Shown here in pieces: positions 61,694 to 64,000 of a DNA stretch of 64,000 nt. The position numbers were made by a program, and so were the translations under genes. Below the pieces are notes generated by a model. The model was not told the DNA's origin and did not search any database. It saw nothing but the letters and a program-made list of their open reading frames with translations. The DNA is taken from positions 2,790,001 through 2,854,000 of the forward strand of contig JANJGN010000036.1 in NCBI GenBank assembly GCA_026770705.1, given 5' to 3'. Position 1 is the stretch's first letter; every line of letters begins with the position of its first letter. The stretch is from Isurus oxyrinchus. Taxonomy: Eukaryota.

Positions 61694-62580
61694 TCAATTG
61701 TTTTTATTCTTAACAAATTTAACAATCACCAGAATCGGATATATCAACACGCTCTTGAACTGTTCCCTGAACATGCTCTGGATCACTCCATAAATAAAGG
61801 TGTTTGTACAGAAACTTAAATTCAGCAGCATAAACCTGATATGCTCAAAAGAGTAATCTAAGAGAGTTGTTCCTTCAATGTTATAATATAAGAATTCTGC
61901 AACAAATGGCAGCCACATGAGAAAGAAGCTGCCTAAAATTGTGAAGAGTAAAATAACGGACTTCCTTCTGCTCTTCATTTCTGGGTCACTGCGGCTCTCT
62001 CCATTGTTCTAACCCCTCAGAGCCTTACAGACTCTGCTGGCTACTAATATGTGTCTGACTGTAAGAATATTAAGCAGTAATATTAGAACACATGGGAGAA
62101 ATGGTGCTAACATTATATCAAACCAGTCCAAAGCCATCCAACCAATCTCAATAAAAAGTTTGGCTTAACAGAACAAAACCAGGGCGTATTCTCAATTATC
62201 TCCACAGGTTCATATATAAAGTACAAAGCAGCGCTTTTTAAACTCATCAGAATGCACGTCATTGCTATAATTATAGACACAGTTTCCTTTGTGCAATATT
62301 TTGTTCTCTGCTTTTGGCAAAAGATGGCGATGAAACGATCAAATGAGAAACTAATGGTTAACCAAACTGAGCTCGATGCATGAGTCAGAACAGCGATAGC
62401 ACTGCACACATGGGTAAGGGAGAGTAAAGACCCAGGTATAGTTAATAACCCACCGAAATAATATGATTTCATTCATACTAACCAGTAGATCCGTCACCAC
62501 CTTTGCCAGCATGTAGCTAGTGATACATTTGGAAAGACCACACTTTCCCCGGGTCAGTGTCACCATTGCAATGAAGTTAA
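61694..62580 (-). pseudogene. GPR139-like: GPR139/GPR142-like class A GPCR main exon, disabled
   Basis: Acceptor tcttttacag|TT AAC. Sequence runs VNFIAMVTLTRGKCGLSKCITSYM..DLL / SVWLTISFSFDRFIAIFCQK..KYCT / LLLNILTVRHILVASRV / DPEMKSRRKSVILLF / CTNTFIY. Frameshifts near 62440 and 62155, in-frame TAG at 62009-62011. Exon 1 would lie beyond the right edge. Confidence 0.88.
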
Positions 62581-64000
62581 CTGTAAAAGAGAATGAGAGA
62601 GAAGTTGGGGGGAGGAGAGAGAAATGATACAGGAAGTTAATGATACATCTCAACAGCGAATTCTAAAAACCTGATTCTAAAAATATTGCGTTTGACTTTG
62701 GGGAGATTTCAGTCTTTCCATCAAGTTTATAAAAGCGCACTGAGGTAGATCATTCAGAAAGATTAGAAACAAAACTCTGAGTCTCTCAGATTCCTGTTTC
62801 ATTCTCAATTACTGGCTGGTCTCTTCAACCTAAGACCACGCCTCAAACTAATTCTTCAAACTAATGAACATGGAGATTGTTCAGATAATTTCAGAATGTA
62901 GTGAAATGCATTTAAATGTATTATGTTGCATTTTAGTAAGAAACCGTTGAAGTAATATTATTAGTATCATGGAGAACAAAAGTGGTCCTTGATCACTTTA
63001 GAAAAAAATCACTAAATTTGGAGGTCCATGTTCATAAATACATTACACGTATAAAGAGCAGCATCTGGAATGATATATCTGGAAAGATACAATTGAAAAG
63101 AGGGAAATATATGTTAAAGCTGCTGACGAATCTTGTTTAGATGACATGCGGAGTGTTGCTTGCATATGGGCGCTTTGGAGAAACAGCAAAAATGATTTAT
63201 AAGGAAATGAATGATTATTTCTATCGTGAAGGAATTAACCGACTGTTTTCCTTTCTCGAATATAAGCGGCTAGAGATGACCTAACCAAAGAATTCTGTTG
63301 GAGAAACTATGATTGGTTCAGTGAAGAAAGTCTATTGTGGAAAGCTTTCTTGGAGATTGACAAAATTGTGTTAGGAATAGACACGTGAGGCAATGGGAAT
63401 TCAGCCCCTATTGACAGAGGTACAAAGACTACTTCATGCTGTGAGTGGTAATGACCTGGAACTCACATTCCAAGGATGGTGGCAGCGGAGAGAAAGAATT
63501 ATTACAAAAAGACATTCACTGAGGCAAATAATCTGACAGGAAAACACCGGAGTCAGGGTTTTACATGCGTTACTCTAATATAACGGGTATGCTCTCCATG
63601 GTCGAATGACCTTCTTCCGTGTTTTAATAATTCTATGGGTCTATGACTCTGGGAGACACCTGGACCTGTGTCAGATACGCATATAATAAAATAAGATTTC
63701 ATCCGGGGTATAAACCCTAAACACACTGAATGCCCAATTAAACTGAATACCATGATTTGGGAGAGATTCCTGATCTCGGCTTCGTAACACTGAGACCGTG
63801 TGATTTTCAATTAACTATCGCTGGAAGCATATTTGTGAAGAAATTTTTCAGAACTGCTGCGTTGCTCAATATGAAACCGCATTAGCCCCTGATAATTGTC
63901 AGATAATTGTTCCTCTGCCAGGATTTTGTTCCCAGTGCATTTAATATCGAGGCTAATCCAGTTGCATCATCAGAGTTGGAAATACACAGATAATTTCAAA

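Overview
This is repeat-rich vertebrate DNA, most likely a shark or other cartilaginous fish, with 7 N-gaps. The only intact-looking gene is a complete, unrearranged immunoglobulin light-chain minilocus on the - strand. Its parts are an octamer/TATA promoter (~36790-36812), leader (36636-36684), V (36164-36489) with a 12-RSS, J (35741-35777) with a 23-RSS, and C (34067-34395). From recalled sequences it is the chondrichthyan sigma-cart (sigma-2; horn shark type I, nurse shark NS5) isotype. Two convergent remnants of the shark-expanded GPR139/142-like GPCR family flank it: an orphan first exon at 3439-3502 (+) and a disabled main exon at 61694-62580 (-). An orphan CpG-rich promoter with ZNF143/Staf and YY1 motifs lies near 58.8-59.2 kb. 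The rest is CR1 and L2 LINE fragments, SINEs, minisatellites and duplicated modules present on both sides of the Ig cluster. The most intriguing unexplained structure is a 30-bp quasi-palindromic minisatellite in four arrays bracketing the Ig gene, most units carrying an NF-kB consensus site. Family assignments come from recalled sequence knowledge, not database searches, and repeat boundaries are approximate.
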